Source: an uncultured Candidatus Binatia bacterium
GTDB lineage: Bacteria > Desulfobacterota > Binatia > Bin18
Reading direction: 5' to 3'
Assembly: GCA_965214605.1 (NCBI GenBank)
Contig: OZ243961.1
Location: 2,400,001-2,464,000, forward strand
Length of the DNA: 64,000 nt
The notes below the pieces were generated by a model, which saw only the letters and a list, made by a program, of their open reading frames with translations, did no database searches and was not told the origin of the DNA. Each line of letters opens with the position of its first letter. Positions within the stretch are counted from its first letter, which is position 1. Of the stretch, positions 39,022 through 48,918 are shown piece after piece. The position numbers were made by a program, and so were the translations under genes.

Positions 39022-40713
39022 ATGTACGATCTCATTATTGAAAATGCCCGGATTGTTGATGGGACGGGTAGACCGAGTTTCCACGGCAGTGTGGCAGTCA
39101 AAGATGGCCTGATCGCCGCGGTTGGCAAGAGCAGAGGGGAAGCCGCCCAGAAGACAATTAACGCCGATGGCCTCGTGCTCTCCCCCGGCTTTATCGACCC
39201 CCATACCCATTACGACGCCCAAGTCGCCTGGGACCCACTGCTGACGTGTACGTCCTGGCACGGCATTACCAGCGTGGTGATGGGCAACTGTGGGGTGGGT
39301 GTCGCCCCGGTTCGTCCCAAGGCTCGCGATATCGTTATGTGGGACTTGGTCAATGTGGAAGCCATTCCGTATGAGGTCATGGAAAAAGGTATCGACTGGC
39401 AGTGGGAATCCCACGCCGAATATTTGGACGCGCTCCAAAAACGCGGCCTGGGCATCAACGTGGCCTCGCTAGCGGCGCTGACACCGATCCGTCACTACGC
39501 GATCGGTGAAGAGTCGTTTGAGCGGGCGGCAACGGCCGACGAAATCGTCACCATGCAGCGGCTGTTCCGGGACGCCGTGCAGGCCGGTGCGTTTGGTTTG
39601 ACGACCACGATTCTGAACAACCATATCGGTTTTGAGGGCCGGCCTCTGGCCTGCCGGAACGCCAGTCGGGATGAGTTGAGCGCGCTGTGTCAGGTGATGA
39701 AGGAAGCGGGCCGGGGGACAATTGAAATTGCGCTGACCGGCACCAACGTCGGCCAGGTGTCCGATGATGAGTATGACCTGCTGAAGTTCTTGGTTGATGA
39801 GAGCCAACGACCGGTGACCTTCCTCGCCTTGTTTAACAAGCCGGGCAAACCCGATTCCTATCTCAACGCTGTAGAAAAGGTCAAACCCATTCTGGCCTGG
39901 GACAGGGCCGTCCCCCAGGTGACCTGTCGGCCGCTACGGGTCCAGTTCAACATGAAGAATCCCTTTCTGTTTGCCATCTTCTCGTCCTGGCACCAGGTGT
40001 TTAACAAGAGTGTCGAGGAGCAGATGAAGATGTATGCCGATCCCGGCTTTCGGGATGCCTTTCGGGATGAGATGAACCGCCGGCGTATTTTTGCTGGGCA
40101 GTGGGGGCGGATGACGGTCATTGACGCGAAGAGCGAGGCCGTGCAGGCGCATGTCGCCAGCAAAAAAACCGTTGCCGAGATCGCTCGCGATCAGGGCAAA
40201 GATCCAGTTGACGCCTTCTTGGATCTCGCGATCGCCGACACCTTAGAACTCTTGTTTGACCTCCAGGCGTTTAATTTTGAACCCGAAGGGGTCAAGAATC
40301 TGATTAGCGACGATCGTTTCATGATCGGTCTGTCCGACGGTGGGGCGCACGTCGATATGTTGTGCGACGCTGGCTATGCGACCTACCTACTCGGGACCTG
40401 GGTGCGTGAGCACCAGGTGCTGAGCCTCGAAGAGGGGGTACGCAAGCTGACCTCGGTTCCGGCTGACCTGTTCGGGATTCCTAAGCGTGGTCGGATTGCT
40501 CCGGGGATGGCGGCCGACCTGACCGTTTTTGATCTGGATACGGTCGGTGCCGTCGATCCCGAATATGTGTGGGATTTGCCGGGTGGCGGTAAGCGTTTTA
40601 TTGCCAAGTCCAAAGGCATCAAGCATACGATTGTAGGCGGTCACATCCTCTACCAGGACAACGAGTACCAGGGTGGCATGCCGGGCCAGGTGTTGCGGAG
40701 TTACGATCGTTAA
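39022..40713 (+). CDS. N-acyl-D-amino-acid deacylase family amidohydrolase
   Basis: PGFIDPHTHYD, MGNCG, SDGGAH and RGRIAPGMAAD. Confidence 0.93.
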   Translation: MYDLIIENARIVDGTGRPSFHGSVAVKDGLIAAVGKSRGEAAQKTINADGLVLSPGFIDPHTHYDAQVAWDPLLTCTSWHGITSVVMGNCGVGVAPVRPKARDIVMWDLVNVEAIPYEVMEKGIDWQWESHAEYLDALQKRGLGINVASLAALTPIRHYAIGEESFERAATADEIVTMQRLFRDAVQAGAFGLTTTILNNHIGFEGRPLACRNASRDELSALCQVMKEAGRGTIEIALTGTNVGQVSDDEYDLLKFLVDESQRPVTFLALFNKPGKPDSYLNAVEKVKPILAWDRAVPQVTCRPLRVQFNMKNPFLFAIFSSWHQVFNKSVEEQMKMYADPGFRDAFRDEMNRRRIFAGQWGRMTVIDAKSEAVQAHVASKKTVAEIARDQGKDPVDAFLDLAIADTLELLFDLQAFNFEPEGVKNLISDDRFMIGLSDGGAHVDMLCDAGYATYLLGTWVREHQVLSLEEGVRKLTSVPADLFGIPKRGRIAPGMAADLTVFDLDTVGAVDPEYVWDLPGGGKRFIAKSKGIKHTIVGGHILYQDNEYQGGMPGQVLRSYDR

Positions 40714-40847
40714 TCGTCCACCACAGTGGAAGTCCTGCGAGACGATGCTGGTGTCGTGATCGGATACGGTCATCAGCGTCTCCCGCGTTCAATACGGGGC
40801 TCCATAAACTGTCCGTCCATCCCATTATCCCTCGAAGGAGAAAACCG

Positions 40848-41621
40848 ATGGCGATCCGTCTGCGTCAAGTCTGCTTGGTGGCCGAGAAGCTGGAGCCTGT
40901 TGTCGATGACCTGAAGGCTATCTTTGGTCTTGAAGTCTGTTTTGTTGATCCGGCCGTACAGGTCTTTGGGCTGGAGAACTCGCTGTTTCCGGTTGGCAAC
41001 AACTTTTTGGAGGTAGTCGCTCCGACTCAGGAGAATACCGCGGCCGGTCGCTATCTCAAACGCCGCAACGGCGATGGTGGCTATATGGTCATTTGTCAAT
41101 GCGACAGCCACGAGACGCAGCTGGCCCGCAAGGCCCGGGCGGCTAAACTAGGGGTCCGCATTGCTTTTGAAGAAGAAGAGCAGGGCTTCCACGTCATGCA
41201 ACTCCATCCGGCTGACACGGGCGGAGCGTTTTTTGAAATCGACTGGGATGCCAAGATGGAGCCCGAGGGCTACTGGACACCGGCCGGCGGTGGCGACTGG
41301 CCGACCCACAGGCGGACCGAGATTATCCGCGATTATGCCGGGGTCGAACTCCAGTCGCCCGATCCGCAGTCTTTGGCCGAACGCTGGAGCAGTATTGCCG
41401 AGCTCCCCCTGGGCCAGGACGCCAAGGGACGACCCGAGATGCGGCTTGGCAATGTCGGCGTCCGCTTTGTTGACATGAGGGACGACCGTGGCGAGGGCTT
41501 GTCTGGGCTTGATGTCAGGGTTGCCGATCGCGCCCGGCTGTTGCGAGCTGCCCAGGAGCGGGGCTGCCGCGTATCTGATGAGCAGGTCGTAGTGTGTGGA
41601 GTACGATTCAATCTGGTCTGA
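40848..41621 (+). CDS. VOC/glyoxalase-like protein
   Basis: RLRQVCLVA, FLEVVAP, GDGGYMVI and QLHPADTGG. Confidence 0.85.
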   Translation: MAIRLRQVCLVAEKLEPVVDDLKAIFGLEVCFVDPAVQVFGLENSLFPVGNNFLEVVAPTQENTAAGRYLKRRNGDGGYMVICQCDSHETQLARKARAAKLGVRIAFEEEEQGFHVMQLHPADTGGAFFEIDWDAKMEPEGYWTPAGGGDWPTHRRTEIIRDYAGVELQSPDPQSLAERWSSIAELPLGQDAKGRPEMRLGNVGVRFVDMRDDRGEGLSGLDVRVADRARLLRAAQERGCRVSDEQVVVCGVRFNLV

Positions 41622-42853
41622 GTGTATCTGCGTAGGAGGGGCTGCAAGGGGAGGTAGCGCTTGGCTGACGGTTGCCGTGCGTGTCCATTCGGGAGCCCGA
41701 AGACGCCCGCTATTGGCCAGCTTTGATTGAGGCAGTGTTATCCTGGCGCTCAGGCCTTTACCAGCGCTCGGGACAGAAAGATCGGACGGCAGGGCTCCAC
41801 TTGATCTGGAACCCCATGATTGGGGCCGAGAGCCCGAGGGGGATCTCGTGGACATGATCCGAGCCCACCCCAGGTCGCAATTTTCCCTACGCCACTCGCG
41901 TTTGCGCAAAACCTAAATCTTGACCCCTCTGGGGGCCGCATCAAACGCCAGGATGAGCTTGGCGGACGCATTGACGCGGGGTCCTCTGCTTGCCCTGGGG
42001 GGCGTCAATCCTGATCAACGCATTTGAAAAGCCGCTCCAACTAGCGCTCACGTCGATCAAGGCCTCCGGCTCACGGGGAAAGCCAAGAGGTCGCGGCAGC
42101 TGAGCTACGAGGAATGATCCGCGTCCCAGAAGCGTTCGTCAATGCCGGTGTGCAGGGTCGTTTGCCAACGGGGTAGTCACGGTTGGGGGCGGTTGAGGCA
42201 GACTGATGCCAATTAAGGTGTGGGTCGGCCGACGACACGACCGACCCACCTCTCTCATGCTGATGTCTGACCAGAGCGGCCGGTCGATTGGCTCTGATGT
42301 CAACACTCGGATATCCCGCTTGCTGGTCTGTCGTCCTATTCGCCATTGCGGAACGATTATCCGGCCGCCTCTTTCTGGGTCATTTGGGCTCTTCCTTTGC
42401 GGCTCCGTGAGCCCTCCGCCGTCAGCTTGGCTGCTCGGCCTTCGGTTGCCGCCTGTTCTATTGGAGAGACAGGCCGCCTGCCTAGGCTGGCCCCCCGGTC
42501 TCGGGAAGAGTTCGGCCGTGAGCGGTGTTGATTTCCAGCTTGATTGAAGCCGATGCCCTGTTAGGGGGGCATGCGGTGTACAGGTAGAGGAGAGAGGGCC
42601 ATCTGCAGAATCCTGTGCTGTAGCGGACGATCTCGGTCCCTCGTGGACTCCTGGCTCGAATGCCCTTCATCAGTCTGCTCAACCGCCCTACCGGACGAAA
42701 GCCTGAGGAATTGCCAGAGGAAAAAATCGAGCGGTTGCAGAGCCCTCTCCACTCTCCTCACTATGAGTTCCATATTCCGAGAATCGCTGCCTCGAAATCC
42801 ATGCCGGATAAATCTCGCATTTCGCTTCTCCCTCTACGCTCCCTTCCACCGGT

Positions 42854-44182
42854 CTATAAGGTGAACCGAAACCCCTCGACCAAGGCGCCCGGTCCTCGAA
42901 AACTGCTGGTCGAACGAGCGTAGTAGGTGCTGGGATCAAGCAGAAAATCACGCTCTGCAGAGAGTCCGAGTAGGTTGTCACCCAACAACCGATACAGCGT
43001 CTCGTCAAAGCGCATGACGTTGAGCGGGGCCTGGATCTCGCCGCGTTCTACCCAAAGGGTCGCAAAGCGGGTCATGCCGGTGATACGACACGCGGTTCGA
43101 TCGGAATAGTTGAGGTACCACAGGTTGTTGATATACACGCCGGTATCTAACTGACGCAGGACCTCGCTCTCCGGAATCGTCCCGGCGGCCAGGTCCAAAG
43201 AGGCGGGCATTTCCCAACTCGACGCACCGTTGGTTGGGACGCCGTACTCTTTGGCCGAACGGGGCGAGACTAAACACTCACCAAAAGCTCCTGCCTTAAT
43301 CAGGCTCACCTGAGCGGGTTTGAGAAAGCCGGCGCCTTGAAAATTGGCCGCAACACCAGCGGCGGTATTTTCTTGGAGCGTGACCTGCGGACTCAGCGTC
43401 AGGCCCTCCTCTACCATCTTGAGCAGGGTTGTTTGCTTGGTGCGGTGATCTTTCAGCCCAAACCCGCCCCAAGACAGCAGCTCTAAAATTTCAACCAGAG
43501 CGGTCGGAGCCAGATAGACCCGGTACTCGCCTGGCTCAATCGTCCGTGCCGGCTTTGACAAGCCGGCCAGCTGTGCCTTGGCGGTATCCATCCTGTGGCT
43601 GAACTCGGTGGGGTCCCACACAAAACCGGCGTAGCGGCTCTTGATCGCTTTGTCCGCCTGTAAATACAAGCTCCAATCTAGATTATAGGTATAGGTCGAA
43701 AACCAGTTACGTTGACCAAAGGAGTTAGCAAACCCGCTGTAGATGCCGCCTGCGGCATAGATGCCGACCAAGTCATGACCGTGCCCGGCATCGAGTACGG
43801 CCGAAATAATGGCCCCGCTCTCTTCGGGCAGGTGGTTTTCGCCCAGGTGCTGACTCGACTGCACCTCGGTAGCGTACAGCAAATGCGGGTCCTCGGGCAG
43901 GTAGGACAGCTGTTCACGCAACTGTTCAATAAAGCTGGCCAGCCGGAGGCGGTCGAGGGCCAGATCGCCGGATAGCGCAAGCTCGCCCGAGGCGTGGCGG
44001 AGACCCTCAATCAGGTCACATGACAGCGTCCGTTGGCTGACGCTGCCGGCCTGGCGTATGGCGTTGCGGTTGAGGCGCACAAAGTCCGAGTCCTCAGCCG
44101 CAAAGCTGCACGTCGAGATTTCATTGCCGCTGAGCAGCGAGGTCAGAAAGTCGGCCAGGTCGGCAAAATATTCCTGCATCAT
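42854..44182 (-). CDS. tldE: TldE/PmbA family protein
   Basis: YRVYLAP, NLWYLN, TGMTRFA and MRFDE. Coupled to the tldD gene upstream. Confidence 0.85.
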   Translation of the reverse strand: MMQEYFADLADFLTSLLSGNEISTCSFAAEDSDFVRLNRNAIRQAGSVSQRTLSCDLIEGLRHASGELALSGDLALDRLRLASFIEQLREQLSYLPEDPHLLYATEVQSSQHLGENHLPEESGAIISAVLDAGHGHDLVGIYAAGGIYSGFANSFGQRNWFSTYTYNLDWSLYLQADKAIKSRYAGFVWDPTEFSHRMDTAKAQLAGLSKPARTIEPGEYRVYLAPTALVEILELLSWGGFGLKDHRTKQTTLLKMVEEGLTLSPQVTLQENTAAGVAANFQGAGFLKPAQVSLIKAGAFGECLVSPRSAKEYGVPTNGASSWEMPASLDLAAGTIPESEVLRQLDTGVYINNLWYLNYSDRTACRITGMTRFATLWVERGEIQAPLNVMRFDETLYRLLGDNLLGLSAERDFLLDPSTYYARSTSSFRGPGALVEGFRFTL

Positions 44183-45621
44183 GTTGAGGCGCCTCCAAAG
44201 ACTTCAACATCGCCGAACAGACACGTCGGTGCGGCGTGGCCAACCCGTATAATTTGATTGGGTTCGCCCTTGCCGCAGTAGGGCGTCCCAAGGACTTGGA
44301 GTTGGCTGCCGACCATTTTAAGATTACGCCAGAAGGTCGCTGACACTCCCCGGTAGTTTGGGTTTTTGACCACCCTGGTCAGCCGGCCGTTTTCGATCAG
44401 CCGGCCCCACTCACAGCCAAACTGAAACTTATTGCGCGAATCATCAATCGACCACGATGTGTTGGTCTGCATATAAACGCCGCGTTCCACCGCTGCAACC
44501 ATCTCCTCAAAGCTGGACTCACCCGGTTCTAGGTTCAGGTTGGCCATCCGGTCTATGGGGGGCCGGTTCCAGCTCTGGGCACGGGAGTTGGCCACGCCGG
44601 GCAGTCCGGCACGCGTCTGCGAGGTGAGCCCACCCAAACCACGTTGCAGAATACCATGTCGAATCAGGTACGCACGCCGGGCGGGCTGGCCGTCGTCGTC
44701 AAAGCCATAGCTGGCAAACTCTTCGGCTCGGCTGGGATCGAAGGTGATATTGAGCAAGTCCGAACCGTACTGATAGCTGCCAAACATGTCCGGGGTGACA
44801 AAACTGGTTCCTGCGTAGTTGCGTTCATCACCCAGAATACGATCTAGCTCCAACGGATGGCCGATGGACTCATGGATCTGTAACATCATCTGATCCGGAG
44901 CAAGTAAGACATCCATCGTGTCCTGCGGACAGTTCGGGGCGTCGAGCAGCTCGAGGGCCTCGGCCGCAATCCGGGGAGCGGCAGCCTGGAATCCGGTCTG
45001 GTCCAGCACTTCTAGGCCACCCTGACGGCAGAAGCCGCGGCCCCCAAATGTCCGAACTTGAGTGTCTGAACCGGCGTTGGCCGTGGCGCTCAGCATCGGG
45101 ACGAGTGAACGCAGGCACTGTTGAGTGTGTCCTCCGCCCTCAGCGGTCAGATAGAGCGTTTCGTGCTCTGAGTAGAGCAGGCTGGCCTCCCAATCGACGA
45201 TGCGCGTATCCGTCTTGAGTTGCTCACAGACGCCGCGCAAGAGGTCAATCTTCTCACCTAGTGAAACCGAGACCCATGGTCGAGCAACCGGCGTGGTATA
45301 GGTCCCCTTCGGACTGATCAGCTGAAGTTGAGAAAAATCAAGGACACTGTGGTCGGCGCTGCGTCGGGCCCAGGCCCGCGCCTGTTCGGCCGCCCGACGC
45401 AGTCCCACCTGACTAAGGTCGCCGGTCGCGGCATAGCCAAGTCCGCGTCCGGCAATGACCGTAATCATTGCTCCTCGGTCTTCCGCACTTATCACAGGTT
45501 GGACAATATTCTGGCGAACGCAGACGTGCTGCGAACGCTCCTCGACCAGGCGCAAGGAGCAAAAATCAGCCTGCGGAGCAATGCGCTGAAAGCGTTCTTG
45601 AAGAGAAATGGTGTCGTCCAT
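44179..45621 (-). CDS. tldD: TldD family metalloprotease
   Basis: QIHESIGHPLELDR (HExxxH), FDDDG, RMANL and YCGKGEP. Confidence 0.93.
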   Translation of the reverse strand: MDDTISLQERFQRIAPQADFCSLRLVEERSQHVCVRQNIVQPVISAEDRGAMITVIAGRGLGYAATGDLSQVGLRRAAEQARAWARRSADHSVLDFSQLQLISPKGTYTTPVARPWVSVSLGEKIDLLRGVCEQLKTDTRIVDWEASLLYSEHETLYLTAEGGGHTQQCLRSLVPMLSATANAGSDTQVRTFGGRGFCRQGGLEVLDQTGFQAAAPRIAAEALELLDAPNCPQDTMDVLLAPDQMMLQIHESIGHPLELDRILGDERNYAGTSFVTPDMFGSYQYGSDLLNITFDPSRAEEFASYGFDDDGQPARRAYLIRHGILQRGLGGLTSQTRAGLPGVANSRAQSWNRPPIDRMANLNLEPGESSFEEMVAAVERGVYMQTNTSWSIDDSRNKFQFGCEWGRLIENGRLTRVVKNPNYRGVSATFWRNLKMVGSQLQVLGTPYCGKGEPNQIIRVGHAAPTCLFGDVEVFGGAST

Positions 45622-45725
45622 GCTCTAGCTCTCGAAGATTGGGCTGGGGGCCAGGCTGGCGATGAGGGCCGTTTTGCGCGTGGCCCAGACTGAAATAGTG
45701 GGAGGGATTGCCGAGGCCGCCCGTC

Positions 45726-46373
45726 TTAGATCGGCCAGTCTGCACCGTTCAGGGCCATGTCCCAAAATACATATTCATACCGAACGGTGAGGCGAAAGAG
45801 GTCTTCCATACGGGTGCGTTCGGCAGCCCCACACTCGGCGGCGACCTGGTCGAGGCCGTGTTCGACCTCACGCAGCCCGGTCTCGAATGCCTCGCCACTC
45901 CAGTGATCGATAAAGCGTTGGTAGGGACTGGTCCGGCGTTGTCGGTGTTTGACCCGGCTCCAAGAATCGTAATACGCCCGCTCCACCCCGTACAGCACGG
46001 CAAAGGACTCGGCAAAATTCCGGGTGTGGACAGTGGCCTGCAAAAACATCATGTAAGCGTGACAGACAGGATTCGGTTCGATCTTGTCCAGACTGACGTC
46101 GAGGTCTGCGGCCATAGTCTCGAACATGTCGAGCTCGCCGGACAGGCCAGGAATAAAAGTGCCGATCAGACGCTGGAGCTGGGGTGGGGCCTTGGCAATC
46201 AGCCCGCCAATGACCCGTATCTCTTCGCGGACAAACACATAATCCTGTTGCAGCCAGGTCTCAAAACGCCCCGGCGGGAGACTCCCGTCGGCTGTCTGGC
46301 GTAAAAAGGGGTGGTCCAACAGTGCCGCCCATTGCGGCTCGACGGTGCTTAACAGATGAGCGCAGAAATCCAT
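45726..46373 (-). CDS. tenA: TenA family protein (TenA_E-like)
   Basis: HPF, WLQQDYVFV, YQRFIDHW and YEYVFWDMA. Glu in VERAY occupies the position of the TenA_C catalytic Cys. Confidence 0.85.
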   Translation of the reverse strand: MDFCAHLLSTVEPQWAALLDHPFLRQTADGSLPPGRFETWLQQDYVFVREEIRVIGGLIAKAPPQLQRLIGTFIPGLSGELDMFETMAADLDVSLDKIEPNPVCHAYMMFLQATVHTRNFAESFAVLYGVERAYYDSWSRVKHRQRRTSPYQRFIDHWSGEAFETGLREVEHGLDQVAAECGAAERTRMEDLFRLTVRYEYVFWDMALNGADWPI

Positions 46374-46413
46374 AATCGCAGTCTTTCTCCGGGCACGGGC
46401 GAGCGGCGTTGCG

Positions 46414-47562
46414 CTAGTGGCCAAGCGGAAACCCGTAGAGCTTGCCGACGTTTTCGTAGACGAGCTTGCGCCGGATATCTTCCGGCAGATGTCCGAGCTG
46501 TTTGTGTAAAAAGTCTTGGGAGTCCGGCCACACGCCGTCCGGATGGGGGAAGTCCGAGCCCCACATGACGTTGTTGACGCCAACCTTCTCAATCTGGTCA
46601 ATGCCGGTCTGATCCTGCTGGAAGGTCGCGTACATCTGACGGTACCAGTACTCACTAGGTTTCATTGTCAGCTCAAGATCCCTAAACTGGTCCTCCCACT
46701 CATAATCCATGCGTTCGAGCACATAGGGGATCCAGCCAATGCCGGCTTCGCCGATCACGACCTTCAGATTTGGATGGCGCTCGAGGGCTCCGCTATAGAT
46801 GATCCCACCCATAAAGCCGGCCATTGAGATCTGAAACTCGGTCAAAATCGTTGCCAGCCACATCCGTCGTGAGCGGTGGTCTTGCAGCCACTTCATATCA
46901 GCTTTGGGGCCGATAGTGTGCAGGTGGATGGGAGTGCCGGTTTCGTGGGCCGCCAGCCACACCGGCTCCCAGTCCAGATGCCACAGTGGCTTCATATCGT
47001 GCCGGACCGCTAGCTCCGCACCCCTTAGGCCCATTTTGGCACAGCGCCGGATCTCTTGGGCCGCCTGCTCTTCGGTCGATGTGGGTAGACTCGCCACACA
47101 CGCAAAACGGCTGGGGTTGGTTTTGGTGAAGTCGGCGGCGAAATCGTTATAAATGGTCACCACCACGTCGCTGACCTCGGGGTCATTGATGCGACTAGCC
47201 GCGCCTAAAACCCCATACAGGACTTCGCCGGCCACGCCGTCGCGCTCCTGATCTTTGAGCCGGAGCTCAGGCATAACGGTCCGCATGATACCCCGGCTTT
47301 GGTCTTCGTACAGACCCGTTTCGGCCATCCGGTCGGCCCGATAAATTTGGCCCGGGACATACTGGCGCCCGGCTGAACCCATACCGCCAACGAGTCCCAT
47401 GGCCGTCCCCTGGTGCGACACCCAGGTTTTGCCCTCCGGTTTGTCTACGACCTTGGGCATTTTGTCTTTCAGACTGCCCGGAGCGTTGTCGGTAAACAGG
47501 GTGGCCGGCAAACACGGCAGATCAATGTGGCCGTCCGCGGAAATAACGGGATGATTAAACAT
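46414..47562 (-). CDS. Amidohydrolase_2 family protein
   Basis: ISADGH, PIHLH, EAGIGWIP and MWGSDFPH. Confidence 0.93.
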   Translation of the reverse strand: MFNHPVISADGHIDLPCLPATLFTDNAPGSLKDKMPKVVDKPEGKTWVSHQGTAMGLVGGMGSAGRQYVPGQIYRADRMAETGLYEDQSRGIMRTVMPELRLKDQERDGVAGEVLYGVLGAASRINDPEVSDVVVTIYNDFAADFTKTNPSRFACVASLPTSTEEQAAQEIRRCAKMGLRGAELAVRHDMKPLWHLDWEPVWLAAHETGTPIHLHTIGPKADMKWLQDHRSRRMWLATILTEFQISMAGFMGGIIYSGALERHPNLKVVIGEAGIGWIPYVLERMDYEWEDQFRDLELTMKPSEYWYRQMYATFQQDQTGIDQIEKVGVNNVMWGSDFPHPDGVWPDSQDFLHKQLGHLPEDIRRKLVYENVGKLYGFPLGH

Positions 47563-47692
47563 GGTCTTTGCCTCCCTTTGCTTTGTCCCCTTTTACTGTA
47601 GCAGAAACCACCATTGCCAGAAAAGCGACCGCTAGACCAGGCTGAGCAATACCCTTGTGCTCCCTCGGTCGCTGTGAAACAACGAACACACC

Positions 47693-48892
47693 ATGAACCG
47701 TCGCGTTTTTTATACGCTCAATATTGCCGTTTTTACCTCCATGCTGGGTATGGGCATTGTGCTGCCCTTTATGCCGATTTACGCCAGGACCTTGGGGGCG
47801 ACCGGTATTACCATCGGCGTCTTTTTTGCCAGCTTTCCCCTAGCCCAGATGGTGTTTATGCCAATGATCGGCCGGCTGTCAGACCGGCACGGTCGCAAGA
47901 TGTTTATTGCGGCCGGCCTGCTTGGCAGCAGCCTGCTGTCGCTGTGGTACGTGTATGCTCCAAACATGCTGTATCTGACCCTGGGCCGCTTTTTGCAGGG
48001 CGCGGCGGTGGCCTTAACCCTGCCGATCGCTACCGCCTATGTGGGCGATATCGCTCCGCCCGAAAAGCGCGGGACGCTGATGGGCATCTTTAATCTCTCT
48101 ATAACTAGCAGCATCGGTTTCGGACCGTTGGTCGGTGGATGGCTAAGCGATCAGTACGGCATGGAGTCCAGCTTTTACTGGATGTGCTTTTTGAATGCGT
48201 TGGCCTGCGTCCTGGTGCTCGTCCTGCTGCCCACATCCCACTCAGCCGAGAGGGCGACCACCCGGCAGGTCTCATATCGACAGCTGTTGGCCCGCCCCCG
48301 GATCAAGGGGCTGGCCCTGTACCGCGTGGTTAACACCATTCAGATGGGATTGTGGTTTTCGTTTCTGCCGCTGCTGGGGACCGAGATCCTTCAGCTGAAC
48401 CATACGATGATCGGCTGGGCGCTGGCTTGTTACATGTTGGTTAGTTCCTTGGTCCAGGTGCCCTTCGGCCGTATGGCCGACCGTTTTAGTAAACGCCTCC
48501 TCATTATCGCCAGCGGTCTGATTGGCTCGTTTGTGTTTTCCTTTATCTTTTTTGTCTGGGCCTTTTGGCATCTGATGCTTATCGCCGCCGTTACCGGAGC
48601 GATGGGTGCCATGGCTATGCCGGCGCTCAACGCTCTGGCCGCAGAAGAGGGCCAGGATGGAAATATGGGGGCGGTCATGGGTATGCTCAACATGGCTATG
48701 AGCGTCGGTATGATGCTGGGGCCGGTCCTGGGCGGACTAGTGCTTGACGTTTCTGGCTTGCGACCCTTGTTCCTGTTCGGAGCCGCAGCCGGTCTGCTCG
48801 GGACCTGTGGCTTTGCCCGGCTGGCCGCCGCCACCCCGAGCCCGGCGGTAGCCGCGCCGCGTTTAGCCGAAGGACCGACCGAGGCCGGTTAG
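47693..48892 (+). CDS. MFS transporter (DHA1-like)
   Basis: Motif A GRLSDRHGRK, about 12 TM helices. Confidence 0.93.
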   Translation: MNRRVFYTLNIAVFTSMLGMGIVLPFMPIYARTLGATGITIGVFFASFPLAQMVFMPMIGRLSDRHGRKMFIAAGLLGSSLLSLWYVYAPNMLYLTLGRFLQGAAVALTLPIATAYVGDIAPPEKRGTLMGIFNLSITSSIGFGPLVGGWLSDQYGMESSFYWMCFLNALACVLVLVLLPTSHSAERATTRQVSYRQLLARPRIKGLALYRVVNTIQMGLWFSFLPLLGTEILQLNHTMIGWALACYMLVSSLVQVPFGRMADRFSKRLLIIASGLIGSFVFSFIFFVWAFWHLMLIAAVTGAMGAMAMPALNALAAEEGQDGNMGAVMGMLNMAMSVGMMLGPVLGGLVLDVSGLRPLFLFGAAAGLLGTCGFARLAAATPSPAVAAPRLAEGPTEAG

Positions 48893-48918
48893 TCGCTCCG
48901 CTCCGGCCAGAGAAAATT

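Noticed and set aside
42640-42760. Hammerhead- or riboswitch-like words (CTGA, GAAA) in an imperfect stem
   Set aside because: The order and spacing do not fit a known consensus.
38216-45621. Full PQQ pathway suggested by PqqC-like gene plus TldD
   Set aside because: No PqqA peptide, PqqB, PqqD or PqqE was found in the window.
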